From Patescibacteria group bacterium UBA926 (GTDB lineage Bacteria > Patescibacteriota > Doudnabacteria > UBA920), in NCBI GenBank assembly GCA_002293685.1, contig DBDS01000006.1:108867-172866 (forward strand): a DNA stretch of 64,000 bases. Direction: 5' to 3'. Below the pieces are notes generated by a model. It ran no database searches, was not told the origin of the DNA, and saw only the letters and a list, made by a program, of their open reading frames with translations. A program made the translations under genes and the position numbers. The first letter of the stretch is position 1; each line of letters begins with the position of its first letter. Below are positions 25,348 through 34,523 of this stretch, one piece after another.

Positions 25348-27021
25348 ATGGCTGAAACAGACATTAGCATATTAGTTAGAGTAAAAGACGAGGCAAGCGC
25401 CGCAATGGGCAAAATTAGCGGCAGCATAAATAACCTGCAACCAGCTTTTAAAACAATGACTGTTGCGGGTACTGCTGCGTTGGGTGCAATTGGTGCTGTA
25501 GCGTACAAGTCTATTAAAGATTATGCCGAGGCAGAAAAAGCCCAAAAGCAATTAGAGCATGCCACATTGCAGGTTGCCAAAGGAACCCGCGAGCAGTTAG
25601 AGGCAATGAAAGCCTTGAGTAATGAGCTTGAACGCAAAGGCGTACTAGACGGCGACGCAATAGCTACTGGCTTGGCGCAGTTGCAGACTTTTGGCTTAAG
25701 CACTGACATGGTAACAAAGCTGGGCAGCAGCATGGCTGACTTAGCCGTTAACCAATTTGGCGTAAATGCGGGGGCTGAGGAATTGACCCAAACAGCAAAC
25801 ATTATGGCGAAAGCCCTTAATGGTCAATTTGGCGTGCTTGAAAAAAGCGGAATTAGATTTACCGAGGCACAGCGTAAGCTCATACAGTTTGGAACCGAAA
25901 GCGAACGGGTTGCGGCATTGCAAGAGGGATTGGCACAAAACTTGAAATACACCAACGAGGTTGCCAGCCAAACAGTAGAGGGTAGCATGGCTAAGTTGCA
26001 GGTACAGCTGGGCAACATTAGCGAAAACATAGGGGCGGCATTACTGCCAGCACTGACGCAGTTGGTTACTTACATTACCCCGATTATTGAAAAGGTTGTT
26101 AACTGGTCAAGCGAAAACCCTAAACTTATTTCTACTATATTAGCCGTTGGCGCAGGTGTTGCGGCACTTGTTACCGCGCTAGGCGCAATTGGGCTTATTA
26201 TTCCCGCTGTTATTAGCGGTGTTACCGCGCTAGGCACCGCCTTGATGTTTTTGGCTGCCAACCCTATAGGCATAGTCATTGTTGCAGTGGCAGCATTGGT
26301 AGCTGGCATTGTTTTGGTTATTAAACACTGGGATTGGGTAAAGGAAAAAACGCTTGAGGTGTGGAACTCATTACCAAACTTTGTACAAACCGCCATACAG
26401 ATTTTGTTAATTCCTTTGACTGGCTTAATTGGCGTAATTGTTTTAATTGTTACCCATTGGGAAACCTTGAAAAATGCGACCATAGCGGTTTGGAACGCAA
26501 TCACTACCGCCGTAATTGGCAAATTTAACGAGATGAAAGCAGGCATACAGGCTGGTTATGAAATTATACTTGCTATTGCCAATGGTTTTAGTGCGGCTTA
26601 TACAGCAGCCTCAGACGCAATGTGGAATGGGATAAAAAACAAAGTGGCAGGCGTGTGGGATAGCATAAAATCAATTGTTACTGGCAGTATCAACTTTTTA
26701 ATAGACAAGATTAACAGCTTTATAAACAAAGTAAACTCAGTAGCAAGCAAAGCTGCTGGGATTGTTAAAATCAACGCCCCGCAAATTCCTAACATACCTT
26801 ACTTGGCACAGGGTGGGATTGTTACCAAACCTACTATTGCAATGATTGGCGAGGCGGGCGCTGAGGCGGTTATACCTTTGAGCAAAGCAGATAAATACGG
26901 CTTAGGTGGCGGTAGCGGTTTAACCGTGGTTTTGCAGGGTACCTTTATGACCAGCCGAGAGCAAGCAGACTATTTTGGCGACATTTTAGCTGGCGTTATT
27001 AAGCAACAAATAAGGATTTAA
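25348..27021 (+). CDS. Tape measure protein (short, 557 aa)
   Basis: Ala/Gly-rich helical sequence, TM region ANPIGIVIVAVAALVAG, Trp-periodic repeats, LAQGGIV...GEAGAEAVIPL. Confidence 0.88.
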   Translation: MAETDISILVRVKDEASAAMGKISGSINNLQPAFKTMTVAGTAALGAIGAVAYKSIKDYAEAEKAQKQLEHATLQVAKGTREQLEAMKALSNELERKGVLDGDAIATGLAQLQTFGLSTDMVTKLGSSMADLAVNQFGVNAGAEELTQTANIMAKALNGQFGVLEKSGIRFTEAQRKLIQFGTESERVAALQEGLAQNLKYTNEVASQTVEGSMAKLQVQLGNISENIGAALLPALTQLVTYITPIIEKVVNWSSENPKLISTILAVGAGVAALVTALGAIGLIIPAVISGVTALGTALMFLAANPIGIVIVAVAALVAGIVLVIKHWDWVKEKTLEVWNSLPNFVQTAIQILLIPLTGLIGVIVLIVTHWETLKNATIAVWNAITTAVIGKFNEMKAGIQAGYEIILAIANGFSAAYTAASDAMWNGIKNKVAGVWDSIKSIVTGSINFLIDKINSFINKVNSVASKAAGIVKINAPQIPNIPYLAQGGIVTKPTIAMIGEAGAEAVIPLSKADKYGLGGGSGLTVVLQGTFMTSREQADYFGDILAGVIKQQIRI

Positions 27022-27024
27022 CCA

Positions 27025-28446
27025 ATGGCTTTAGTATTAAAAATTAACACCGTTGACCGCAGCAGTTGGGTTGACTGGAAAAGCGTTACCAAGGACGAGG
27101 GGCTTACTAAAGAGCCTGATACCTTGGCTTTTAACATAAAGGAAACGCCCAGCAAGACCATACCAGCAGTGGGGGCTACAGTGCAGCTGCTTGAGGACGC
27201 GGTAAAGATTTTTGAGGGTACTATAGTTGACCGTCGCAGTTTGGTTATTGGCGGCGTGCTTAAAGGTTACTCATTTGTTTGCAAGGACTTGGTGCATGAG
27301 TTTGATAAAACACTGGTTAGCAAGGCTTACAACAATGAGGCGATAGACGATATTGTGGCTGACATTGTTAGCACCTTTACCAGCGGGTTTACCACCGCGA
27401 ATGTTGAAACTGGCTTACCGACCATAGACAGCGTGCGCTTTAATTACGAACAACCTAGCAAGTGTTTGCAAAAATTGGCTGATTTGATTGGCTATGACTG
27501 GTACATAGATTATGACGGCGACATACACTTTTTTAATGTAAGCAACAATGCCGCGCCATTTGATGTAGAGGACGATAACGGCAAGGTCATTAGTGATAGC
27601 CTGAACTTTGACCAAAACATTATAGAGCTGCGCAACAGCGTAATTATTAGAGGTGGGGAATACTTGAACAACTTAACTGATACCACTACCCCTGACTTGT
27701 ACGAGGCAGACGGCAACCAGCGCGTGTTTACCCAAATTTACCGCTACAGCAATGTTGAGGTTACGGTAGCAGGCGTAGCCAAGACCGTGGGCATAGACAA
27801 CATAGACAACCCTGCTAGCTTTGACTGTTTATACAACTACACCGAAAAGGCTATTAAATTCCCTGAGGCAAGCAAGCCAACCGCAGGGCAGATTGTTAAA
27901 GTATTTGGCGACGCCCACATACCGCTTATTGCCAAGGTGCGCGACCAAATCAGTATATCTACTTACGGCGAGTACCAAGGCTTAATAGTAGACAAAACCA
28001 TTGAAAGTATTGACGAGGCACATACCCGTGCAAAGGCTGAGCTGACTAAATGGGCAGACGGGGCATATAGTGGCGGGTTTAGAACCACGCAGACAGGGCT
28101 AAAAACTGGGCAATATATCCGAGTTAACAGCGCCCTGTTTGGTGTTGATAGCTACTTTAAGATTAACCGCATTACTGCACGGGCAAACAATTACGGCACC
28201 CTAGAATACACGGTTAAGTTTTTGGCAAGTGGCGAACTTACCTTTGCTGACATTATGGTTGGATTGCTAAGTAAAGACCGCCAAAACATTAGCGTGGCAG
28301 ACGACGAAGTTATACAGCGCCTTGAGGTATTTCCTGAAACCGTAACCCTAGTGGAAACGAGCGTTACCGCAACTAAAACAAGCCCGCCATACAAGTGGGG
28401 GGTAGCTGCCAATGATTTTGACTGGAATTTTGGCACATGGAGTTAA
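27025..28446 (+). CDS. Tail tip / baseplate hub protein
   Basis: Follows tape measure; FEG, LQKLADLIGYDWYID, NSVIIRGG, GLKTGQYI. Confidence 0.7.
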   Translation: MALVLKINTVDRSSWVDWKSVTKDEGLTKEPDTLAFNIKETPSKTIPAVGATVQLLEDAVKIFEGTIVDRRSLVIGGVLKGYSFVCKDLVHEFDKTLVSKAYNNEAIDDIVADIVSTFTSGFTTANVETGLPTIDSVRFNYEQPSKCLQKLADLIGYDWYIDYDGDIHFFNVSNNAAPFDVEDDNGKVISDSLNFDQNIIELRNSVIIRGGEYLNNLTDTTTPDLYEADGNQRVFTQIYRYSNVEVTVAGVAKTVGIDNIDNPASFDCLYNYTEKAIKFPEASKPTAGQIVKVFGDAHIPLIAKVRDQISISTYGEYQGLIVDKTIESIDEAHTRAKAELTKWADGAYSGGFRTTQTGLKTGQYIRVNSALFGVDSYFKINRITARANNYGTLEYTVKFLASGELTFADIMVGLLSKDRQNISVADDEVIQRLEVFPETVTLVETSVTATKTSPPYKWGVAANDFDWNFGTWS

Positions 28447-28450
28447 AACT

Positions 28451-29110
28451 ATGAAACATATAATACCCGAAAACTTAAAAGGCATTACTGGCAAATTTTA
28501 CGCTAAGCGTTACCGCAAGGGAACTGTAGATAAAGTGCAGCCATTGTTTAGTAAAGCCAACATTATAAAAAAGCGCGAGGCGTGGGCGTGGTTTGCTGTT
28601 GACCAACTAGGCTTTAACTGGTTAGTTCCTTTTGCAAAGAGGTTGCAGCGCAAGTGGGTGCAATTAGAAAGCAAGGCAGAGGTAATACTGAATGAAAACT
28701 TTTTAGGCATTGGTGCGGTAACAGACAATTTGGTAGTAAGCAGCAGCAATCACGGGCGCAATCTGATTTGCCAAAGACTGGCAGGGCTGACTACTTACGA
28801 CTTGGCAGTTGGTTATGTGGAAATGGGAACCAGCGCAACAGCACCAACCAATGCTGATACAGACTTAAACACTGCTGTAGTGCGGGCAGGCAGCCCTGCA
28901 TATACGATTGCTAATAATGTGCTTACACTGCGATTTTTCCTAGCTGACGGCACGGTAGCTAATAACACTTATAACGAAATGGGTACATTTATTGGCGGTA
29001 GCGCAACCTTAGGCAGCGGGCAAATGTGGAACCACGCATTGTTTAGCAGCCCTTATGTAAAGGCAAGTGGCGAAGATACCACAATAGAATTAGTAATAAC
29101 AGTAAATTAA
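28451..29110 (+). CDS. Tail/baseplate protein
   Basis: NLVV...GRNLI, MGTSATAPTNADTDL and EMG motifs typical of tail-fibre anchoring proteins. Confidence 0.6.
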   Translation: MKHIIPENLKGITGKFYAKRYRKGTVDKVQPLFSKANIIKKREAWAWFAVDQLGFNWLVPFAKRLQRKWVQLESKAEVILNENFLGIGAVTDNLVVSSSNHGRNLICQRLAGLTTYDLAVGYVEMGTSATAPTNADTDLNTAVVRAGSPAYTIANNVLTLRFFLADGTVANNTYNEMGTFIGGSATLGSGQMWNHALFSSPYVKASGEDTTIELVITVN

Positions 29111-29120
29111 ATAAAACTAT

Positions 29121-30422
29121 ATGAAAAGCAGCGCAGTAGCGGCAGGCGATACAGCCACAGCCGCACAATACAATAATTTAAGACAAGACGCCAGCGCGTC
29201 AAGTTTTTTGTACCCGTCTGCACAATCTAGCCCAAATATGACAATAAAAATTGAGGCTGGACTAGGATTTATAGGACAGACGAAAGTTGAATATGCAGGG
29301 GGGAATAGCCCAACAATGACAGCGCCAACTGTTAACCCACGCATTGACTTGGTTTATATTGATAGTGCTGGAACTATTACAATCGCAAATGGGGCAGAGG
29401 CAGCCAGCCCAAGCGCACCAGCACTTGTAAATAATACTATACCAATTTGCTATATCTACCACCGAACAACAGCGACAGGTATTTATGATACTGATACTGC
29501 TGGGCAATCTTATATCTATAAAGATTTGCGAGCTTTTCTTACGAACCCAGCAGTTGTGCAGGGTGGTAGTAATATGCAAATTTTTGAAGCCGTTGGGGCT
29601 GGAACTTGGAACAAGCCTACAGGTACAGGTGCAAATAGTGTTGTTATTGTTGAAGTTTGGGGTAGCGGTGGCGGCGGTGGTAATGGTGCTAACGCTACTG
29701 GCGGCGGTGGCGGCGGTGGCGGTGCATATTTTAAGAAAGTTTTTAAAGCGTCTGAACTAGGCTCAACAGAAAGTATCTCAGTAGCGCAAGGTGGCGGCGG
29801 TGGCTCAACTAACGGGGCAGCAGGAAACAACGGCGCCAGCTCTACTTTTGGTAGTGGTGCAACCCTAGTTACAGGATATGGCGGCGGGCGTGGACGAGAG
29901 GGCGTTGCAGACGGGCAAGGCGGCGGCGGTGGCATGTATGGTGCTGGCGAGGGCGGCGGCGTCGGTGGTAGTGGTATTGGTGGTAATGGTGGTTTAGGGG
30001 GCGCACCCAATATACCAAATAATGCAACCTTTACCCACCCGTCTGGTTATGGATTAGGTGCTAACGCTGGCAATGGTATGAACGCAGGGAATAGCACTAC
30101 TGGTGGTGGTGGCGGTGCAGATAGCACACAAACCCCAGGCAGTAGCGTGTTTGGTGGTGGTGGTGGCGGTGCAAGCGGGAATGGTGGGGTTAGTGTTTAC
30201 GGTGGTGGTGGTGGTGGCGGTGCAGGTGCCACAACAGTATCAACTTGTTTAGGCGGTGTAAGCCCCTTTGGTGGGAAAGGTGGTAATGCAGGTAATGGAA
30301 CAATAGCAGCAGAGGACGGACAACAGCCAGGCGGTGGTGGCGGCGGCTCAAGGGGTAATTCCGCTGGTAGCAGAGCTGGCAATGGCGGTAATGGGAAAGT
30401 AGTAGTAACAACTATATTCTAA
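29121..30422 (+). CDS. Glycine-rich tail fibre / receptor-binding protein
   Basis: NPRIDLVYID N-terminal module, then VEVWGSGGGGG...GGNGKVVVT glycine-rich domain. Confidence 0.7.
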   Translation: MKSSAVAAGDTATAAQYNNLRQDASASSFLYPSAQSSPNMTIKIEAGLGFIGQTKVEYAGGNSPTMTAPTVNPRIDLVYIDSAGTITIANGAEAASPSAPALVNNTIPICYIYHRTTATGIYDTDTAGQSYIYKDLRAFLTNPAVVQGGSNMQIFEAVGAGTWNKPTGTGANSVVIVEVWGSGGGGGNGANATGGGGGGGGAYFKKVFKASELGSTESISVAQGGGGGSTNGAAGNNGASSTFGSGATLVTGYGGGRGREGVADGQGGGGGMYGAGEGGGVGGSGIGGNGGLGGAPNIPNNATFTHPSGYGLGANAGNGMNAGNSTTGGGGGADSTQTPGSSVFGGGGGGASGNGGVSVYGGGGGGGAGATTVSTCLGGVSPFGGKGGNAGNGTIAAEDGQQPGGGGGGSRGNSAGSRAGNGGNGKVVVTTIF

Positions 30423-30426
30423 AAAA

Positions 30427-31107
30427 ATGAAAAAAATAATTTACACACTTAATATAAATAACTACGCCCCCGAATTAAGGGCGTTAACGCGCCCGCACTT
30501 AGAGTTTTACGCTAAAAGGATTGGCGCCGAAATTATAGATATTACAGAGCGCAAATACCCACACATGCCTGTGGTTTATGAAAAGCTGCAAATCTATGAT
30601 TTAGCACAAAAATATAGAGCAGATTGGAATATATACATTGACAGCGACTGCTTAATACACCCTGAAACAATAGATTTTACTAACTTTTTAGATAAAAGCA
30701 CTGTTTTCCAAGTAGGTAGCGATATGGCGGCTATTAGGTGGCGTTACGATAAATATTTTTTGCGCGACGGTAGAAATATTGGAACATGTAATTGGTTTAC
30801 CATTTTTAGCGACTGGTGCATTGATTTATATAAACCGCTTGAAGATATGGAACTAGACGAGGTAATGCAATATATGTATCCAACCGTTATAGAAAGAACC
30901 ACAGTAGTAGATACTGCCCATTTGATTGACGATTTTGTGTTATCAAGGAATGTAGCGAGGTATGGGTTGAAGTACCAAAATTTAAAAGAATTGTTGGAAA
31001 AAATTGGCTTGCCAAATGCAAACTTTTTTTGGCACGAATACCTAATTACCACCCAAGAAAAAGTGGCAAAGGCTAAGGAAGTCATAAAACTATGGAAAAT
31101 TAACTAA
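30427..31107 (+). CDS. Putative GT-A glycosyltransferase
   Basis: YAKRIGAE, YEKLQIY and IYIDSDCLI (DxD) pattern. Confidence 0.55.
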   Translation: MKKIIYTLNINNYAPELRALTRPHLEFYAKRIGAEIIDITERKYPHMPVVYEKLQIYDLAQKYRADWNIYIDSDCLIHPETIDFTNFLDKSTVFQVGSDMAAIRWRYDKYFLRDGRNIGTCNWFTIFSDWCIDLYKPLEDMELDEVMQYMYPTVIERTTVVDTAHLIDDFVLSRNVARYGLKYQNLKELLEKIGLPNANFFWHEYLITTQEKVAKAKEVIKLWKIN

Positions 31108-31114
31108 ATTAAGC

Positions 31115-31534
31115 ATGGCAGAAGATACACAACAAGACCGACGCACCCCTGAGGTGCCACCATACCCACATGCGGTACAAAGCGACCATGACGCTATTGT
31201 AACCTTAGTTGCCGAAACACGGGCGTTGAGCAGGCAAATAAGCGAAATGAAAAATGTAGAGCTTAAAGACATTAGGGCTGACATTAAAGAGGTAAAGGAC
31301 AATGTGGCTGACCGAGTGCGGGATTTGGAACAAGAGAAAATAGACAAGGCAGAGGTGTTGAAAATGCAGCAGGACGCTGAGAAAATACACACCGACCACG
31401 AAACCCGTATTAGGGTTAATGAGCAATTTAGAGAAAATTTTAAAGGCAAGTACGCCATTTTGGCGGTGCTTGGCAGTGCGGTTATTTCTGTTGTTGTATC
31501 TTTAGTGATTTTAGCGGCTAACAAATTAACCTGA
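31115..31534 (+). CDS. Coiled-coil protein with C-terminal TM helix (holin-associated / XhlA-like)
   Basis: Coiled coil, DHETRIR, C-terminal hydrophobic segment; precedes the lysin. Confidence 0.55.
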   Translation: MAEDTQQDRRTPEVPPYPHAVQSDHDAIVTLVAETRALSRQISEMKNVELKDIRADIKEVKDNVADRVRDLEQEKIDKAEVLKMQQDAEKIHTDHETRIRVNEQFRENFKGKYAILAVLGSAVISVVVSLVILAANKLT

Positions 31535-31538
31535 AAAC

Positions 31539-32990
31539 ATGGATAACGAACTATACCCGTTGGGTGCGGTTAAAGACCCTGTAGACGAACGCGACATACT
31601 CTATGCTACCGTGGCTGAACCAGTGGCTAGTTTGCCGCGCAAGTTTAGCCTGCGCGATAAGCAAAGCCCTGTGGCACGGCAAAAGTACGGCAGCTGTGTT
31701 GGATTTGCCAATAAGAGCGCGTGCGAATACCACCGTAAACGACTGCTTAATATAGACGAGGTTTTAAGTGGCAGATTTACATATGGCAGGTGCAAAGAAT
31801 TAGACGGCAGACCAGACGACGAGGGAACCTACCCACGCTTAGCACTGAGCGTTGCATTTGGCAAAGGCTTGGTGCTAGATAAGGATTTTTCTAACTCTAA
31901 ACCGCCCAGCCCCACCCACGCAGACTACATAAAGGCACCAGCTGACGAAATAACAGAGGGTGCCATACAAAGGGCAATGGTGGGTGGGTTTGTGCGGGTG
32001 CGCAACCTACAGGAACTTAAACAGGCATTGGTTGAACACGGCACGGTGCTTATTACCGTAAGTGTGTACACGCAGTTTGACAATCCCGAAAACGACGGTT
32101 TTATACCATGGGCAGCACAGCGAGCCAGCAGAGGCAGCCACGCAATTGTTTGCACTGGCTATGACGACGATTTTAGAGGCATTGGGGCAATTGAAGTTAA
32201 GAACAACTGGGGCGAGAACTGGGGCGACGACGGCTACGGCTGGATTGCTTACGACTACGAGGGCGAGGGGGCAACCCCATGCTGGGATATGTGGGTTATT
32301 GTTGGCGAGGATAAAGTTAATGCGCAGCTAACCAGTGGGGCGCCTATAAATTTGGTTTACCCAGTAGATACGCCAACCCCGTTTGTTACCCAACCTTTTG
32401 GCGCCCGCCCTGAGTATTACAAAAAATACGGCATGGCAGGACATAACGGCATTGACTTTAGAACCCGCGACACTAATAAACGGATATTAGCCTGCGACGA
32501 CGGCGAAGTTATCTTTGCTGGCAATGACGGCAGTTATGGGCAATCAGTAAGGATTAAGCACAGCTGGGGCATGAGCATTTACGCACATAACAGCCAAATA
32601 GTAATACCGCTTTATGAAAATGACGGCAGCAGCCCTAAGAGAGTAAAGCGTGGGCAACATATTGCTATAGCAGGGGCTAGCGGCGACACTGGCAACCCGC
32701 CCGCAGAACATTGCCACTTTGGGATTAGAATTAACGGCGTTAAGAACCCAGCCTACTTTGACTGGGTAGACCCAGCGCCATATTTAAAGAAAGGCGAACG
32801 CATGATTGGATACAAGCACCCAAGCAACAGCACAGTATACCTGCCTATTGGCGGTGGTACTTTAGTGCCTATTACCGACTGGGCTACTTTTTTAGCTTTG
32901 GGCGGCAGCGAAAGCAGTATTGTACAGCTCAGTGCTGAACAGTTTGCAAAGTATACCGTGGCAAACGGCGCGGTATTTACCAAGGCTTAA
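31539..32990 (+). CDS. Lysin-like fusion of a papain-family C1A cysteine peptidase and an M23 metallopeptidase
   Basis: QKYGSCVGFA, GSHAIVCTGYDD, KNNWGENWGDDGYGWI; HNGIDF, YAH, HCHF. Confidence 0.85.
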   Translation: MDNELYPLGAVKDPVDERDILYATVAEPVASLPRKFSLRDKQSPVARQKYGSCVGFANKSACEYHRKRLLNIDEVLSGRFTYGRCKELDGRPDDEGTYPRLALSVAFGKGLVLDKDFSNSKPPSPTHADYIKAPADEITEGAIQRAMVGGFVRVRNLQELKQALVEHGTVLITVSVYTQFDNPENDGFIPWAAQRASRGSHAIVCTGYDDDFRGIGAIEVKNNWGENWGDDGYGWIAYDYEGEGATPCWDMWVIVGEDKVNAQLTSGAPINLVYPVDTPTPFVTQPFGARPEYYKKYGMAGHNGIDFRTRDTNKRILACDDGEVIFAGNDGSYGQSVRIKHSWGMSIYAHNSQIVIPLYENDGSSPKRVKRGQHIAIAGASGDTGNPPAEHCHFGIRINGVKNPAYFDWVDPAPYLKKGERMIGYKHPSNSTVYLPIGGGTLVPITDWATFLALGGSESSIVQLSAEQFAKYTVANGAVFTKA

Positions 32991-33068
32991 CCGATTAGAT
33001 TATTAACTACCGAAAGTTTAGGGGGTACGGGGGGTATGTATGGCTTGAGGTAGGCAAAGGGTAAATGT

Positions 33069-33539
33069 TTGAAATTTATTTTAACATTTATTGCCCTAGT
33101 GGTGCTGGCAACCCCAATAAGCACCCATACAGCGACAGCTGACAGCAGTTACTTAACCTATGACCAGCTTAAGGCTTATACCGAAAAGCAGGCAGAGCAG
33201 CAATGGAGTGCGCAATTAGTTGCTTATGCCCAAACTTTGGTAGGCAAAAGGACTGGCACCTGCGTTTTATCACTGCGCAACCACTTTGGTGTGCCGCGGG
33301 CTGATGTGCAGGGCTTGGCTAAGAGTACAAAAATTAACTCAAAGACAGGCAAGGTAGGGGCGGTAATTGTATTCCGCAATTTATCAAAATATGGGCATGT
33401 GGGCTACATAATTGCAGACCATGGCGACACATGGCTGTATTTCCACAGCAACATAGATTGGCGGGGTACAGGCAGAATAGACAAAATAGCAAAGACAGAC
33501 AGCCGCATTAGCGGTTACAGACTAATTAACTACAAATAA
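33069..33539 (+). CDS. Secreted CHAP-like amidase/peptidase
   Basis: TTG start, signal peptide, GTCV (Cys), VGAVIVF, GHVG (His), SN. Confidence 0.6.
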   Translation: MKFILTFIALVVLATPISTHTATADSSYLTYDQLKAYTEKQAEQQWSAQLVAYAQTLVGKRTGTCVLSLRNHFGVPRADVQGLAKSTKINSKTGKVGAVIVFRNLSKYGHVGYIIADHGDTWLYFHSNIDWRGTGRIDKIAKTDSRISGYRLINYK

Positions 33540-33540
33540 A

Positions 33541-33783
33541 ATGAAACTAGCAGGAAGTGAAAAGTTTGAGATTGACTGGCTAGGCGTCGCAAAGACCGCC
33601 CGCTTGTTTATTGTTACCGTTGGCGGTGCAATTCTGACCGTCGCGCTTGAACAGGCGCTTAAGGAATTTGTGCCAAGCGTAAACCTTGGGGCATACGAAT
33701 GGCTGCGCCCAGCAATCTTTATTGGTTTTAGCACCGCACTGGAATTTGTGCGCCGCTTTGTAACCGATTACAGCAACCGTTAA
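33541..33783 (+). CDS. Putative holin
   Basis: 80 aa with two hydrophobic segments; last gene of the lysis module. Confidence 0.6.
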   Translation: MKLAGSEKFEIDWLGVAKTARLFIVTVGGAILTVALEQALKEFVPSVNLGAYEWLRPAIFIGFSTALEFVRRFVTDYSNR

Positions 33784-33788
33784 ATGAG

Positions 33789-33812
33789 AGGCGCAAGAGT
33801 ATTGCGCCTTTT
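33789..33812 (+). terminator. Terminator after the lysis module
   Basis: AGGCGCAA-GAGTA-TTGCGCCT-TTT. Confidence 0.6.
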
Positions 33813-33865
33813 GCTTAAGTGCTGCTGCATGCACTTAGTTAGCAATACATAGGGGGTACCAATGA

Positions 33866-34084
33866 ATGTGCAAAATACTTTGCCCGAAATGCTTGGAAAT
33901 TACGCAAGGCACTAAGCACCATATATTCCCCAAAAGATTTTTTGGGAATGGCGACAGTACGCCTTTGCTGTATCTTTGCAGGCATTGCCATAGTGAGCTG
34001 GAAAAAATAATACCCCAATTCCAACAGTTGGAAAAAGAGGATTATTTACAGCTTACCCGTGAATTTTTGACCATAGAGGTGTAA
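33866..34084 (+). CDS. Small HNH-like zinc-binding protein
   Basis: CPKC...TKHHIFPK...LCRHCH. Confidence 0.65.
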   Translation: MCKILCPKCLEITQGTKHHIFPKRFFGNGDSTPLLYLCRHCHSELEKIIPQFQQLEKEDYLQLTREFLTIEV

Positions 34085-34203
34085 CCATGAGAAAACCACG
34101 CGATAGACTATGCAATGAAACCTGCTAAACCGCGCTGGGCAAGCAACCGCAAGCCCACAAAATCCTACCGTTTACCCTGCCAAGGCTACCCAAGCCAGCT
34201 ATG

Positions 34204-34241
34204 AAAGGCGCCGACTACCCCAGTTTGGCGCCTTTTTCTTT
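34204..34241 (+). terminator. Intrinsic terminator upstream of the integrase promoter
   Basis: AAAGGCGCCGA...TTGGCGCCTTT followed by T-rich tail. Confidence 0.7.
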
Positions 34242-34244
34242 GGT

Positions 34245-34273
34245 TTGACACAGGGGTTGCTTTATATTAGAAT
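34245..34273 (+). promoter_or_regulatory. Sigma70 promoter of the integrase leader
   Basis: TTGACA-17 nt-TAGAAT. Confidence 0.8.
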
Positions 34274-34279
34274 ATGCTG

Positions 34280-34515
34280 TTAACTGAATAATTGACCGCA
34301 GCCATTAAATTGGTCGCTTACCACAAGGTAGGTTGAGGCAAACTGCGGTTTTGTGTTACAATAACCCCGCAAAGACTGTATAGATATACGCCTTTGTAAT
34401 TCCAATTGGAATTGGGGTTTTTTACGCCCTTTACCCCGATTGCGCCGCAAGGCGTTGTTGAATAAAGGAACGCACAAAACCTACTGATTTGCCTCAGTAG
34501 GTTTTTGTGTTTTAT
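34280..34515 (+). ncRNA. Structured leader / candidate small RNA upstream of the integrase
   Basis: Two multi-branch domains, a GNRA hairpin and a final long hairpin; internal complementarity TGAGGCAAA / TTTGCCTCA. Confidence 0.5.
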
Positions 34516-34523
34516 TAAGCAAA

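Noticed and set aside
29516-30411. Pro-rich and His-rich minus-strand ORFs
   Set aside because: Reverse-complement artefacts of GGN glycine codons in the tail fibre gene.
29121-30422. Diversity-generating retroelement targeting the tail fibre
   Set aside because: No reverse transcriptase and no template/variable repeat pair seen in the window.
34280-34425. tRNA gene in the cloverleaf-like integrase leader
   Set aside because: No T-loop GTTCRA or D-loop consensus and wrong arm geometry; kept only as a candidate structured RNA.
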